Shown: positions 13,768 to 27,105 of the stretch, piece by piece
Numbering within the stretch: the stretch's first letter is position 1
Layout of the letters: the number at the start of each line of letters is the position of its first letter
From: Basidiobolus meristosporus CBS 931.73
Taxonomy: Eukaryota > Fungi > Basidiobolomycota
Direction: 5' to 3'
Length of the DNA: 64,000 nt
Assembly: GCA_002104905.1 (NCBI GenBank)
Contig: MCFE01000174.1
Span: 79,068 to 143,067, forward strand
Made by a program: the position numbers and the translations under genes
The notes under the pieces: model-generated
What the model was told of the DNA's origin: nothing
The model's database searches: none
The model's input: the letters and a program-made list of their open reading frames with translations, nothing else

Positions 13768-14116
13768 TGTTGGGAAAATTTGTAATTCCACCTAAATATT
13801 CACCTAACTTAGTCACTTAGATCATTATCTTCAAATCCTAGAGAACACTGACCAAATTCCTTATTGGGATTTACTTATAATATTTTCACCAAAATACCAA
13901 GTACCCAGAACATAAAAATTAAATAAGTCATCCAAACATCCCCAAACTTTGCACACATGCTCTTGGGACCTTCCTTAGCCTATGCTATGTGTTTGTTATG
14001 CCAAGACCTTGTGAAAGTATAAATACTACTTTTACATTCAATAAATCATTAAGTAAAAACCATGTAATATACTTGTTCTCATAATCACATCCAATATCTC
14101 CAAGACACTTACAACA
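13768..14116 (+). mobile_element. Solo LTR of copia family B
   Basis: Homologous to the LTR at 18124-18471, with TGTTG...CAACA ends and near-TSD CTAAC/CTGAC. Confidence 0.9.
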
Positions 14117-15662
14117 CTGACTAACCAACATATCCAATTGCCTTATATTGCCAAATGCTTGACAGATCTTTGACAGTCTTCTTTGAGACCTCCATTGGCA
14201 TTATAATGCAGAATAGCTGCCTACAGCTCAATCTCTAAAATACTACCACAGCAATTTATTAAATGGTACTATCTTTTCTACTATGCTTGCACCATTTGTA
14301 TACTCCACTGTGGAATCACCCCTCTTTATTTGTTTACCTACTACTACCTTAGGTATTCCAAACACAGTTTGAGTCAAAAAACTATAGCCATATCCTTGCT
14401 AAACTCTACATATGCACACACCTGCTGCAATTGGCACACTTCTATCACCTCAGCTTTACGGCTTTCAGTAACCAGCTGATTGCCCCATGGACAAGACTTC
14501 TTTGATACAACCCTTTCAGAGAATGGGAAAATGATCATGTGGATATTGTAGCAAGCCTCTCATTCATGAAGCATGCAGATGGCATAGGAAGTATTAAAAG
14601 CATGATGGCCAGTGTCTTGCTACACAAGACATCTTGAGCTTTCATTAGTCACTGCTGATCCAGCATAATCTTTCTGTCCACTTGATACTTTCATAATGGC
14701 ACCTAGCTGTACTTGTCACCTTGTGCAAACTGAGTCAGGGTAGTTTGTGACACTTTTAGGCCTACCTTAGCCTTCTGAATACGGCCTGCAAAGTGATAAC
14801 TCTGAAGAAGAAGGATCATTGATGGATTGTAGGCCTATCTCTTCTATCAACAGAACCCTACATGAACTGGGCAAGATTGTAATGTGCAATGAGATAACAC
14901 TGAAGGAAAAAATTTCCAAAGATACTTTATGTTGCTAAGTGAGCCCAAATATGCATTTATTGGTGATGTAACTTACTATGTGATTGACACAAGTGGAAAA
15001 CTGGCATGCAGCTGGTAAAATATAACCCAGACACTGTCCTGATATCACCTTATGTTAGTATTTGCATGGAATTCACATCAGAAACTGCCATCATTGCAAG
15101 GTGTCAAGCTTCTCAGGAATCCACTACAACAGGAGAAAAATATTTTCCACACTCTGGACATATTTCAGAAATACCCAATCCAAAGCCCTAAGAGCAAGAA
15201 TTATAAAAAGGATAGTTGAATGGCATTATAAAATCAGCAGAATTCCAATTTTCTTAAATCTGACAATTATAATTATTTCATGTTCTAACAGTTGGGCAGA
15301 AAAGCAGATATATTTCTGAAGAGGAGACTATGCCAACCAGAAGTCATGCTAAATTTGGAGATCAGCAGCCAACTACTTCCATCAAAAATTGCACCTGGAT
15401 ATGTGAACAAAAAACAGCAGCTGATTACCAGCAAATACCATTGCAAAACCAGCCAAGTACCGGCAAAATACTGTTAGAATATCAGCAGAGTACCAGCTGA
15501 AATCAGATGAATTACAAGTTTGAGACTCTCATAGGGAAAGAAGTCTATGCAGTCAAACAAGTAACTAGATGCTACAAAGTACTTCACACAGTATCAATCA
15601 AGCAAAAACTTTTCCATTATATATCTGATGGCAAACATTGCAAACAGCTAAGAAGCAAGGGC

Positions 15663-16036
15663 TGTGAGTACTAAATGCAGTACCCACTCTTTGCCCAAGA
15701 GTTCTCCCCAGAGTCCTACCCAAAGTCCCCCAGTACCCTCCCTATGATTCCCCCACGCGTCCTCCCTCCTATCCCTGCCCTTATCTAGTTAGAACACTTA
15801 CCATAATAGGAAGGTGTTCACACCCCTATTTTATAACACATTGTCTATTTTCTAAGCCCCCAAGTGATATATATCTACCCAATTGAACCAAGCAAGGGAA
15901 TGAGGAGATTTGGGACAAAATAAACACAAGTCTTTATTACCTTACTACCTCCTATTGGAAACTATTCTGAACCAAGTGGTACTGACTTGACCTACAAGCT
16001 CTCCCACTCACCAAGTACAGTCAGTAATAACCCACA
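15663..16036. mobile_element. Solo LTR of family C
   Basis: TGTG...CACA ends, perfect TSD AGGGC on both sides, second copy at 50036-50412. Confidence 0.9.
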
Positions 16037-18471
16037 AGGGCCACTTTGAAGGTGTGCATTACCAAGCCTTGCATTAGAACTTGATAGAGTCTCACTAAAG
16101 AAGTACTCCGCCAGCTAATCCTGCTGCCTATTGGTTGTCATCAACCTGAATCTGCTGCCAATTTTACAGTGCCAGTGTAGAAATCTGATGGTAGTCTTAC
16201 CAATATCTGAGCCTCAATCTCTGTCCAGCCTGGATAGCTGCTTGTATTCATTGCTAGATGAACTTTGTATGCTATCCAGTGGGATACCAGCAAATCACTG
16301 ACATGTTAAGGTGCATATTGTCATTAATATTGGAGATACCCTAACCCTCAGCAAGACAGCCAGCTTTTCTGGGCACATTGGACAGTATTGCTGTTGGATG
16401 GGTGTAAAATAGGGGATTCACTCCATAACTCACACACATTAATATTATCCAAACATCTATTCTGAGATCATCATCTGTCCCACAGAGAGAATGTTCAGAA
16501 GCCCACATGCAGTTGCAGCAAGGCAGAAAGCTGTAAGCTACATGTCAGAATATGGAATTAATCAAGAACAGAAGATATTAAAGATAGAGGGAAATTGTGG
16601 GGGTAAAAGCTTTCCACTGAAGGTAGTGCATTTGTACTCCAATAATATCTCTATACTAAGGACCAAGTTGTACAAGGGGCATATCAAGTGAGCCCTTTAT
16701 GATACTGGAGAAATTTGATTGAATTGGCAGGAAATTAAAGAATATAGAATACCCAAAATATTTCTCACATGCCATACACACACCCTCCGAGAAGTACTCT
16801 ATGTACCCAAAATAGCAAAGAACCTACCATCAGTAGGCAAGGCCACTGTAGAAGGACTCAGTTTTTGCTTTGTCAATACTTGATGCATGATTACTGATCA
16901 AAATGGGGCCTATATTGTGTTGGGTATCAGAGATCAGAATCTATACAAGTGACTTATGTTCCATCATATCTAGAAGCCAATATAAGTCACTTAACAGAAG
17001 AAACACCAATGCTTTGGCACAGGAGATTTGGACACAACAATTTTGATTAGTTGTGCAAAATAATCAAAGATCAGCTAATTTCCAGAGTAAGAATTGATCA
17101 CCTAGCTGATTTAGAGCACTATGAAGCCTGCTTATATAAGAAAACAGCCAGAGTATTGTCCAAGATCTCTGGGCTAATTAAAGCTAAGAAATAATCAGAT
17201 CTAACTCACTGAGATATGTGTGGACTTATGCATAATTTGCCCTTAGGTGGGATGAAGTATCTATCACTTTTGTTGATGATTATACAAGATACGCATAGGT
17301 TTACATCATGGAAAGAAAGGAAAGAGCTTTGTTCAAGATCAGGGAGCTCAAAGCCATGGTGGAGAGAGAAACTGGTGAAAAAATCAAGAAAATATGCTCT
17401 GACAATGTTGGAGAATACACCTCAAAGCACTTGACCCACTTCTGCAATATTCATAGGATAAAGCAGGAGACTTTTGTACCATACTCTACACAGCAAAATG
17501 AAGTGGCACAACATGCCAACAAATCAATAATTGGTATCACAAGATTTATGATCCAAAATAAAAAGTTATCCTATGATAAAAAAAGTGTAAAATGCATAGT
17601 GTTGAGCTACTGCAATGAGAGTAAAGCATTCAGATTCTACAATACAAAAGCAAAGAAGCTGATCCAGTCCAGTGATGTGTTGTTTGATGAAGATTCAAAT
17701 TCTCACAGAAAATGACATCAGATGATGACAAAAACTTAATCTCAAGTCCACCAATAGTTGGGATTGAATTGGAACAGAACAATGAAAAAATTTTCACTCT
17801 CAAGAACTCCTCAATCATGGTTCAGGCCAAATCAGTGCTAAGGAATATCCCAGAGGTGATCATGTCAGTATCAAATACCAGGAGATCCAACTGGGCACAA
17901 AATAGCCCAAATCACTCTATCAGTGAAGGTACAAACTTAGCCTATGCATATTCAGCTCATATTGATGAGCTCCACACTGTAAAAGTGGCCCTAAATAGCC
18001 CTCAGACAAGGTTTTGGAGATCCTTAAAGACTAAGGAATATCAGTCTCTGATGGAAAATCAAACTTGGGACTTGGTCATATAACTAATCAGCCAAAACCA
18101 ATTGGATGCAGAGAGGTCTTTAATGTTGTAAAAATTTGTATTTCCACCTAAATATTCACCTAACTTAGTCACTTAGATCATTACCTTCAAATCCTAGAGA
18201 ATACTGACCAAATTCCTTTTGGGATTTACTTAGAATATTTTCACCAAAATGCCAGGTACCTAGAACATGAAAATTCTCAAAGTTGTCCAAACAGCCACAA
18301 ACTTTGCACACATGTTCTTGGGACCTTCCTTAACCTATTCTACGTGTTTGCAATGCCAAGATCAGGTAAAAGTATAAATACTACTTTTACATTCAATAAA
18401 TCATTAAGTGAAAACCACATAATCTACTTGTTCTCCCAATCACTTCCAATATCTCCAAGACTCTTACAACA

Positions 18472-18483
18472 GGTTATGAGCCC
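18472..18483 (+). promoter_or_regulatory. Primer-binding site GGTTATGAGCCC (half-tRNA-iMet type, as in Ty5 and Drosophila copia)
   Basis: Lies immediately 3' of the 5' LTR and matches the known internal tRNA-iMet PBS class. It contains an ATG in frame with gag. Confidence 0.85.
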
Positions 18484-19819
18484 CAAGCTGTCACTCTCTG
18501 CAATGTCTACTACTGCTATTACTGGAATTTTTCTCTCTGCTGAAAAGTTGGATGGATCTAACTACCAAGTGTGGAAGGTGAAGATGAAGATGCTGCTACA
18601 AGAAAGAGGCCTTTGGGATATTGTCATGGGAGAAGAATGCCCTCCTAAAAGTGTGGGAGAGGAAGCCTTAAAGTACCAGAAGAAAGAACAAAGTGCCTTT
18701 AACTGCATTTGCCTTAATGTTAAGGATAAATTGCTAATTCAATGCTCAAGTGCAAAAACGGCAAAGAATGCCTGGAAAGCATTAGAAGACACCTACCAGT
18801 CATGTTCAGTTGCTAAGAAGATGTATCTGAGACAAAAACTCTTTACTACAAAGATGCTGCCAGGAGAAGAAATGAAAAATCTAATTAACAAAATTACCCT
18901 GCTGGTAGATAAGATTGAATCTGTGGGCGTACCAACTACTGATGAGGATGTGATAGTTACCATCCTGAATAGCCTGACAGACAAGTTTCAGGGCCTTGTA
19001 TCAGCCCAAGAGTCCAGAACTGAAGACTTGACCTTAAATTACATATATAGAAGGCTCCTGGATGAAGAATTAAGGAAATCAAGCGCCAATAAGAAGGAAG
19101 AAGAAAATGCTTTAATAAGCAATGATAGCCAACAAAGGAGATACCCAAGACCCTACAAAGGCAACAGCAACCTATTCTGCAACTACTGCAAAAGGAAAGG
19201 ACACACATCAGACCGGTGTCTCAAAAAGAGAGATTATCAGCAAAAGAAGCCTGAATATGGAAATGCTGCAACAACTGAAGATAGACTATTCATATCTGCA
19301 CTAAATATGACCACAAACAAGGATTCTCAGACGTGGTATATTGACTCTGGAGCTTCTCAACACTTTACACACCAAAAAGAACTTTTTACCCAATATCAAG
19401 AAATTCTAATTAAGAAGGTTTTGATGGGTGACAATAAAGCACTTGATGCAGTGGGAGAAGGAAATATCCGAGTAAACCTTAGAAGCAGTGAAGGAAGCCA
19501 TACACTGACCTTTAAAGAAGTACTCTATGTACCAGAAATAGCCAAGAACCTACTCTCTGTAAGCAAGGCCACAGCAGAAAGACTCAGTTTCAGTTTTAAC
19601 AATTCTGGATGCAGGATCACTGATCAGAATGGTGCCCATATTGCTTTGGGCATCAGAGATCATAATCTATACAAGTTGACTTATATTCCATCATATCTGG
19701 AAGCCAATATAAGTAACCTATTTACCTCAAAACTCTTCATCCACTTCTGCAAAATTCATGGGATAAAGCAAGAGACTACTGCACCATACTCCCCACAGCA
19801 AAATGTAGTAGCAGAATGA
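18476..19819 (+). CDS. Copia gag-protease ORF (open until the integrase deletion and stop)
   Basis: KLDGSNYQVWKVKMKMLLQERGLW gag N-terminus, CCHC knuckle and DSGA protease. The start annotated at 18344 lies inside the LTR. Confidence 0.85.
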   Translation: MSPKLSLSAMSTTAITGIFLSAEKLDGSNYQVWKVKMKMLLQERGLWDIVMGEECPPKSVGEEALKYQKKEQSAFNCICLNVKDKLLIQCSSAKTAKNAWKALEDTYQSCSVAKKMYLRQKLFTTKMLPGEEMKNLINKITLLVDKIESVGVPTTDEDVIVTILNSLTDKFQGLVSAQESRTEDLTLNYIYRRLLDEELRKSSANKKEEENALISNDSQQRRYPRPYKGNSNLFCNYCKRKGHTSDRCLKKRDYQQKKPEYGNAATTEDRLFISALNMTTNKDSQTWYIDSGASQHFTHQKELFTQYQEILIKKVLMGDNKALDAVGEGNIRVNLRSSEGSHTLTFKEVLYVPEIAKNLLSVSKATAERLSFSFNNSGCRITDQNGAHIALGIRDHNLYKLTYIPSYLEANISNLFTSKLFIHFCKIHGIKQETTAPYSPQQNVVAE

Positions 19820-22800
19820 GCTAACAGACCAATAATTGATATGGCAAGATCTATGATCCATGATCAAAAATTATCCTATGATTTTTGGGCGGAATCAGTT
19901 GCCAATGCTGTATATCTTAAAAATAGGAGTTATAACAGAATACTTTGAGATTCTACTCCATTTAAAGCATGGTATGGATACAGACCAAGTACAGAACATC
20001 TAAGAATATTTGGGTGTACAGCATATGCCAAAAAACAGGCCGGAAATCAGTCAAAATTTGAGCCAAAAAGTTTAAAATGCATATTTTTGGGCTACTGCAA
20101 TGAGAGTAAGGCATACAGACTCTACAATACTAAAGCAAAGAAGCTTATCAAGTCCAGGGATGTGTTGTTGGATGAAAATTCAAAATTTTCACAAAAAAAG
20201 ACATCAGACAATTACAAAAATTTGATCTCAAGTCCACCAATTGTCAGGATTGAATCAGAGCAAAACAATGAAGATTTTCTCACTCCAGAGGACTCTACAA
20301 CTGTGGTTCAGCCAGAATTAGTGCCCAGGAATATCCCAGAAGTGATCATTCCAGTATCAAATACCCAGAGATCCAATCGGACAAGAAATAGCCAAAATTA
20401 CTACATCAATGAGGGTACAAACTTAGCCTATGCCTATTCAGTCCATATTGATGAACCCCAGACTGTAAAAGAGGCCCTAAATAGCCCTCAGACAAAGTTT
20501 TGGAGATCTGCAATGACTGAGGAATATCAGGCCCTGATGGAAAATCAAACTTGGGACTTAGTCAAATTACCAATCAACCAAAAATCAATTGGATGCAGAT
20601 TGGTCTTCAAGACAAAATACAAGGCTGATGGTACAGTTGAAAGATACAAGGCAAGACTTGTAGCCAAAGGATACTCTCAAACAAAAGGACTTGACTATAC
20701 TGAGACCTTTGCACCGGTAGCCAAGTTTAATTCCATCAGTTTAATATTGGCTAATGCAGCCAAATATAAGTTTTTTATTCATCAAATGGATGTAAAAACT
20801 GCATCTTTGAATGGAGAACTTGATGAGGACGTGTATATGGACCAGCCTGATGGTTTGTTGACCAAGATAACCCCCATTTGGTCTGCAAGCTTAAAAAGTC
20901 ACTATATGGTCTCAAACAATCACCAAGAGCCTGGAATTGCAAGATAGATTCTTATTTGGAATCTTTGAGTTTCAAGAGAAGTAATGCTGACTATAGTATA
21001 TACTATAAGCCAGATAGAGCAAATCAAGTTCTATTAGCTCTACATGTGGATGATCTTATTATAGCCGCCAATAACCTAGAAACATTGGAAGAGACTAAAT
21101 CCAGCCTATGTAAGGAGTTCAAGATGTCTGATTTAGGAGAACTTAGTTACTACTTAGGGATTAAGTTCTCCATAAACAGAAGTACCCAGACTATTACCCT
21201 AAGCCAATCCAAGTATATTCAAGATATACTAAAGAAGTACAAAATGGAAGACTCTAAACCGGTAGCTACCCCAATGGAGACAAACCTTAACTTGGTCAAA
21301 ACTCAACCAAATCAAGAGAGCTTGGTGCCATCTGAAAGCCCTGACATTCCTTATCAATCTATGGTCGGCAGTCTGATGTATATCATGCTTGAAACATGTC
21401 CAGATATCTCATATTCAGTGGGAGTTGTCAGCCAACATAATCAGAACTATGGATCTGATCATATTGCAGCAGTTAAGCGGATTTTTAGATACCTAAAAGG
21501 AACTGCTGATATCTGCTTAAGATACACTTATAAGGACTCAGAACAAGATCTTGTGGGACACTCTGATGCAGATTGGGGACAAAACTTAGAAGACAGAAGA
21601 TCCACCACAGGATACACCTTTCTTTACTGTAAAGGAGCAATTTCATGGAATTCAAGAAAGCAACCAGCTGTAGCACTTTCCACCACAGAGGCAGAGTATA
21701 TGGCAGCCTGTGAAGTTACAAAAGAAGCAATGTGATTAAGAAAGCTGTTTACAGATTTAGGCCTATGTCAAAAACGCCTATTACTTTATTTCAAGATAAT
21801 CAAGGATGTATCAATTAGGTAGAAATCCAACTTTTCCTGCTAGAACCAAGCACATAGATATTAGACATCATTTCATACGTGAAGCTATAGAGAATAACTT
21901 AGTTAGCTTAGCTTACTGTCCTACAGATGAAATGATTGCAGACATACTTACCAAACCATTAGCTAGAGACAAGTTTGAATATCTTAGGTCAAAATTAGGA
22001 CTAGTCAGTATGAACATTTGGCTGAGTGGGAGTGCTGTAAAAATTTGTATTTCCCCCTAAATATTCACCTAACTTAGTCACTTAGATCATTACCTTCAAA
22101 TCCTAGAGAATACTGACCAAATTCCTTGTCAGGATTTACTTAGAATATTTTCACCAAAATACCAGGTACCTAGAACATGAAAATTCTCAAAGTTGCCCAA
22201 ACAGCCCCAAACTCTGCACACATGTTCTTGGGACCTTCCTTAACCTATTCTACGTGTTTGCAATGCTAAGATCAGGTAAAAGTATAAATACTACTTTTAC
22301 ATTCAATAAATCATTAAGTGACAACCACATAATCTTCTTGTTCTCCCAATCACTTCCAATATCTCCAAGACTCTTACAACATTTAAGACAAAACACAAGG
22401 CCAGTGGTACAACTGAAAGATCAAAGCAAGACCAGTGGCCAAAGGATACTCTCCAGCAAAAGGACTTGACTGTACTGAGACCTCTGCACTGGTAGCCAAG
22501 TTCGATTCCATTAGATTCATATTGGCTTTTGCAGCCCATTATATGTTTTTTATATATCAAATGGATGTAAAAGCTGCATTTGTGAGTAGAGAATGGTATG
22601 ATGATGTGTATATGGACCAGCCTGATGGGTTTGCAGTCAAAGATAACACACATTTGGTCTGCAAGCTTGAAAAGTCTCAATGTGAACTCAAACAATTGGC
22701 AGGAGCATGGGATTGCAAGATAGATTCTTATTTGGAATCACTGTATTTCCAAAGGAGTGATACTGACTATAGTGTATACTATAAGCCAGATAGAGCAAAT

Positions 22801-25800
22801 CCATTACTATTAGCTTTATATGTGGATGATCTTATTATAGCTGCCAAGAACCCTGAAACATTGGAAGAGACTCAGAGGTAGAGTATATGGCAGCCTGTGA
22901 GGTTACAAAAGAAGTAAGATGGCTAAGAAAGCTTATTAAAGACTTAGGTTTATGTCAAAAAATGACTATTACTTATTTCAAGATAATGAAGGATGTATAC
23001 AATTAGGCAGAAATCCAACTTTTCATGCTAGCACTAAGCACATAGATACTAGACATCATTTCATACATGAAGCAATTGAGAACAACTTGGAGAACTTAGC
23101 TTACTGTCCTACAGATGAAATGATTGCAGGTATATTTACCAAACCATTAGCTAGAGACAAGTTTGAATATCTTAGGTCAAAATTAGGACTAGTCAGTATG
23201 AACATTTAGTTGAGTGGCAGTGTTATAAATATTTGTAATTCCACCTAAATATTCACTTGACTAAGTTATTTGGATCAATACCTTCAAATCCTAGATAATA
23301 TTGATCAAGTTCCTTATTTGAATTTACTTGGAATGTTTTCATCTAAATATCAGGTGCCCAGAACATGAAAATTCTCAAAGCTGTCCCAACAGCCCCAAGC
23401 TCTACTCACAAGTTCTTGGGATCTTCCTAAACCTATTCTACATGTTTGCTATGCCATGACCATGTAAAAGTATAAGCACTACTTTTACATTCAATAAATC
23501 ATTAAGCAAATACCACTTAATCTACTTGTTCTTACAGTCACTTACAAGATCTCCAAGACTCTTACAACACAAAATGACCTGTGTGGGAAATCACTGGTCA
23601 TGATCTTTGCAATACTGCTTATGCTGAATACATCCCTCATGGCTGAGAGGCTTGTTACAATAGCTACCTGGCCTTCTTTCTCTTTGTTTATGGTATTTAA
23701 GCAAAGTAGTCTTCTCCATAAGGCAAACAGCTTGATATTCAGCAATGTAACAGAATTATATCACCTTTTGTCAATATTGGTGTAAGTTTAAGATGGTTTG
23801 GTATAGGAAACAATGCTCCTTCATGAATGCAACATTAAATGAAGACCCACTATAGCAAGCACTATATACAAAAAAGTGATACCACCTAAACATATATGTG
23901 TGACACTTATTCCCATATCTTAAGTGCAAGTGGGGTCATTTACTTTCATTTAGCAACTCATTGTATGTAGAAGTTGTATCTGTTCTCTTTTCTTGGCAAA
24001 GCAAACATCCATCATATGCCTAAAAAGCTCACACCAGTATATGTGTAGACTTGGGCTTTTGGACTTCATTGAGAGTTTGCATGTCCTGGGTACCAAAATT
24101 TTGGTCAGCTATTCTAAGCAAGCCCCATCAAAGAATAGGGGCAAGATATTCTGATATTTACAATTTTGATCTAAGCAAATAAGTAAGTGAAATATTTAGG
24201 TATAAATATGCAATGTGCCACCAAAGAAAATCTTTATGTAAGAGGTGGAATAACTGGTACAACAAAGCATACCATATATTCTCACAATACTCTTAACAGT
24301 ATCTTCTCCCAAAAGTAGTCACAGTCAAAAGACTCATTACACAGGTAAGCAAAAGCAATAAATGCCTTACACATTGTTTCATACATCCTCCATACAAGCT
24401 CATCAATTGACCTATCATGAATAGAGACACTTTGTTAGAAATCTGAATATATGTAGTCAATGCCAGTCCATTATATGGGATTTGGAGTATATGAAGTGCA
24501 TTGTTGACAGCAGTATGCAACAGGTACTCTGCAAAATCCTAGTTGAGGTCCTAGGAGTCCTATGTGAAGAGCTCAGCAATAGATCTTAGCATTAATCACC
24601 AATGTGGGTGATTTACAATGAAAAACTTTGGATACAGAGTGGACTGGATCCAATGGGACGTGGATAGCTGAAAACTGGTTCAATCTTTACTGGACTTCTG
24701 GAGAATTCAGAAGATTTGTGGCTCCAGGTTATTTTCAAATTGATATAGCTTGAAAAAGGGACATAAGTGATTAAGGACACACCAATCACTTTTTACTGTT
24801 TTGATCATCCATTCACTATTCTCCACAAACAGTGGTTGCAACGTTCAAGGCCTTGCCAATGGGGGAATATCTTGATGGTAATACAATTCCCAAGGCCGGC
24901 ATTAGATGTCAGGAAATCAACCACAATGTCATATACATGACTGATCCACGGTAATCTTTGATTTTCACAACGTTTCTTGCTTCCGTTGCTTTGCAGTGGA
25001 TGATAGGTGTGCGAGAATGCTTAGGATGAGGGGATATGGAAACTGACAATACAAGGCTCATCATAGCCCATTTTGCCACTACCACCTTACCATTCTATGG
25101 GAACCGAGCCCTTTCCTATAATACTCTAGAACGCACCAGCTTTTACTTCCCTCCCCAAAGGGCACCTGCGGTCCCCACTTTGCGGTTTTTCATGTCACTT
25201 CTGTGAACAACGTCCACTAGGCAGTGAATGCTTTTGCTGAAAGTCACCACCCACTGATTATCATGATTGAGTGAATCATTGACGTGGTACAACGGCGCCT
25301 ACTTTATCTGGATTGTTCGTGTTTCATCCTACCATCTATCCGAGCCTTAGCTCCCTGTAATTGGACCCGATCACCGAGAACCATGTCACCTGGTGTAGAG
25401 ATCATCTCTTCCAGTCACGTGATCAGGGGTTTCCACTAAAAGATGTCATATTAGAGGATCACTCCGAACCATGGAACCTGGCAAGCAACAGCAACTGTTG
25501 CTTTTTCTCAAGCTGCTAAACGAGCGATACAACCAAACCCGACGATGGAAGACGACTTTTGAGCAGAAATTCAACCACCTACTGTTCTCCCAAGAGGATC
25601 ACCTGCTTCAAACGCGACTGGTGAGCGCACTCCTCTCCCTGGAGCTGATAACCACTGAGATGGAGGAGCCGGACATTGAACATGTAGGAGTGAATCCAAC
25701 CACCTCCCTTCAGATGTACCACCCCCACTAACCCGTTGTACTTTTCAGTCTCCAGCCACCGAGCGGCAGCGAAAAGCGCCGCTTACCGGGCTCACCTAGC

Positions 25801-27019
25801 GAAGTTCTCACCCTCCCCTCCTCATCCCTTCCCAGGACTTTAGCGCGTTGCACCGTGCCCACGTGAGCGGTGGAAATACATCCCACTCAGCATACCCACC
25901 CTCACAAGCTCGAACGAGAATTCTCCTTGGAATAAAATGGATGCACTCGAGACATAGCGCATGAGAATGAACCTGAACATGAACACGATTCCCTCATCGA
26001 CTGATAATCATGCCTAGAGATATCTATCACGACGCCGCTTGTGGACGTAGGTAGGAGGTTATGGTCGTATTTAGCAGTCTTTGGTATCGGTATCGCCCAA
26101 TGGTGGCTAGGAATCATAATCGATCTGATGCCATCTACCATTTGGATTCATCTTGTTACCAATCCAAGGGTCACACTAGATCTTCTCTGGGTTGGGGATC
26201 CATTTACTGGCCAACATGCGCAGACACAGGTGGAGAGGATCTGGATGTGTAATGGTGGTAGTGTCAGTAGACGGTGTTGGCGGTAGTAGTGTCGGTGGTA
26301 GTGGCAGAGGTGGCGTCAGTGGAATCTAGTGAGATTCGCTAATGTTAACAGCCGCGCTAAACATTCGATTGGATTGTGGTGTTGACAAGTGGCTTGCGGG
26401 CATGAGCGACAGGGGGCGAGGCTCATATGCATCTCATGTCCAAAACAGTGGACCACCCGGTGAGAGCCGATGAAACAGCCGAATAGTGGCTCCAGAATGG
26501 AGTCAGCAGAAGTAGGGAAGGCACCGGGAGTGGCTTTCTTTGACACAGATTTTATTATGGCTTCATGTACGATGGACTACTTTGGCCGCTTCCGATGTTT
26601 AGGGGACAGATCTAACAAAAGACACGAAGATCTGTTGCAATCCAACGTGTTTCGGTACAGCTGGCCAATGATCGAGGGGATGGATCTTCTGCATTAGCAT
26701 CGTCCACCTCGAGATGGATTGTTGAATATTGGTCTGGTTGCGCTGGTTCATATTACAGCAGTGGCTTTGGTGCGGGTTGGCTGCAGATGTGTTTCTTGCC
26801 GAATACCTCACTCCATCCCTCGACCAATCATACCCACCTCAAGTCAGCCCAAGATGGCCGTTTAGAAATGAGAATGCACCGCTTGCAAGCTCGCCGAGGG
26901 GAAGATGGTTTGATTTTCAAGGGAAATTCCCCTGCATCGGTTCCATCAGGAACATTTCTGACCTTCAATACCGTCAAAGGAGTCAATTAAACCAAACCAA
27001 CCGGTGTTTCGAGCGAAGT

Positions 27020-27027
27020 TATAAAAG
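27020..27027 (+). promoter_or_regulatory. Putative TATA box of the Gly-rich protein gene
   Basis: TATAAAAG about 85 bp upstream of ATG 27106. Confidence 0.5.
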
Positions 27028-27105
27028 CGTGACTGGCGATCCCCAGTAGAGCATCTTTCTATCCTATTTTGAAGACGATTGATTCTCAATTGAACTTTCC
27101 CAACC

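Larger units (their letters stand above)
18124..22381 (+). mobile_element. Ty1/copia family B element with both LTRs (18124-18471 and 22033-22381); integrase internally deleted
   Basis: Two ~349-bp LTRs differ at about a dozen positions by eye. TSD TTTAA at 18119-18123 and 22382-22386. PBS, gag (CNYCKRKGHTSDRC knuckle), protease (WYIDSGASQH), RT and RNase H are present, with stops and frameshifts in pol. Confidence 0.97.
16780..23569 (+). mobile_element. Older, 5'-truncated copia family B copy (~16780-18123 plus 22382-23569), split by a younger family B element; 3' LTR at 23221-23569
   Basis: The flanks rejoin as GGATGCAGAGAGGTCTTTAA|GACAAAACACAAGG, matching the intact RT sequence at ~20590-20630 of the inner copy. 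Integrase, RT and RNase H remnants are present. Confidence 0.9.

Noticed and set aside
18344-18475. N-terminal extension of the 491-aa ORF, and the similar ORF at 22254
   Set aside because: It begins at a non-ATG codon inside the LTR; the real gag start is at or after 18476.
25470-26700. Short ORFs and a Thr-rich, stop-riddled minus-strand frame
   Set aside because: No recognisable domain; could be a pseudogene but is unsupported.
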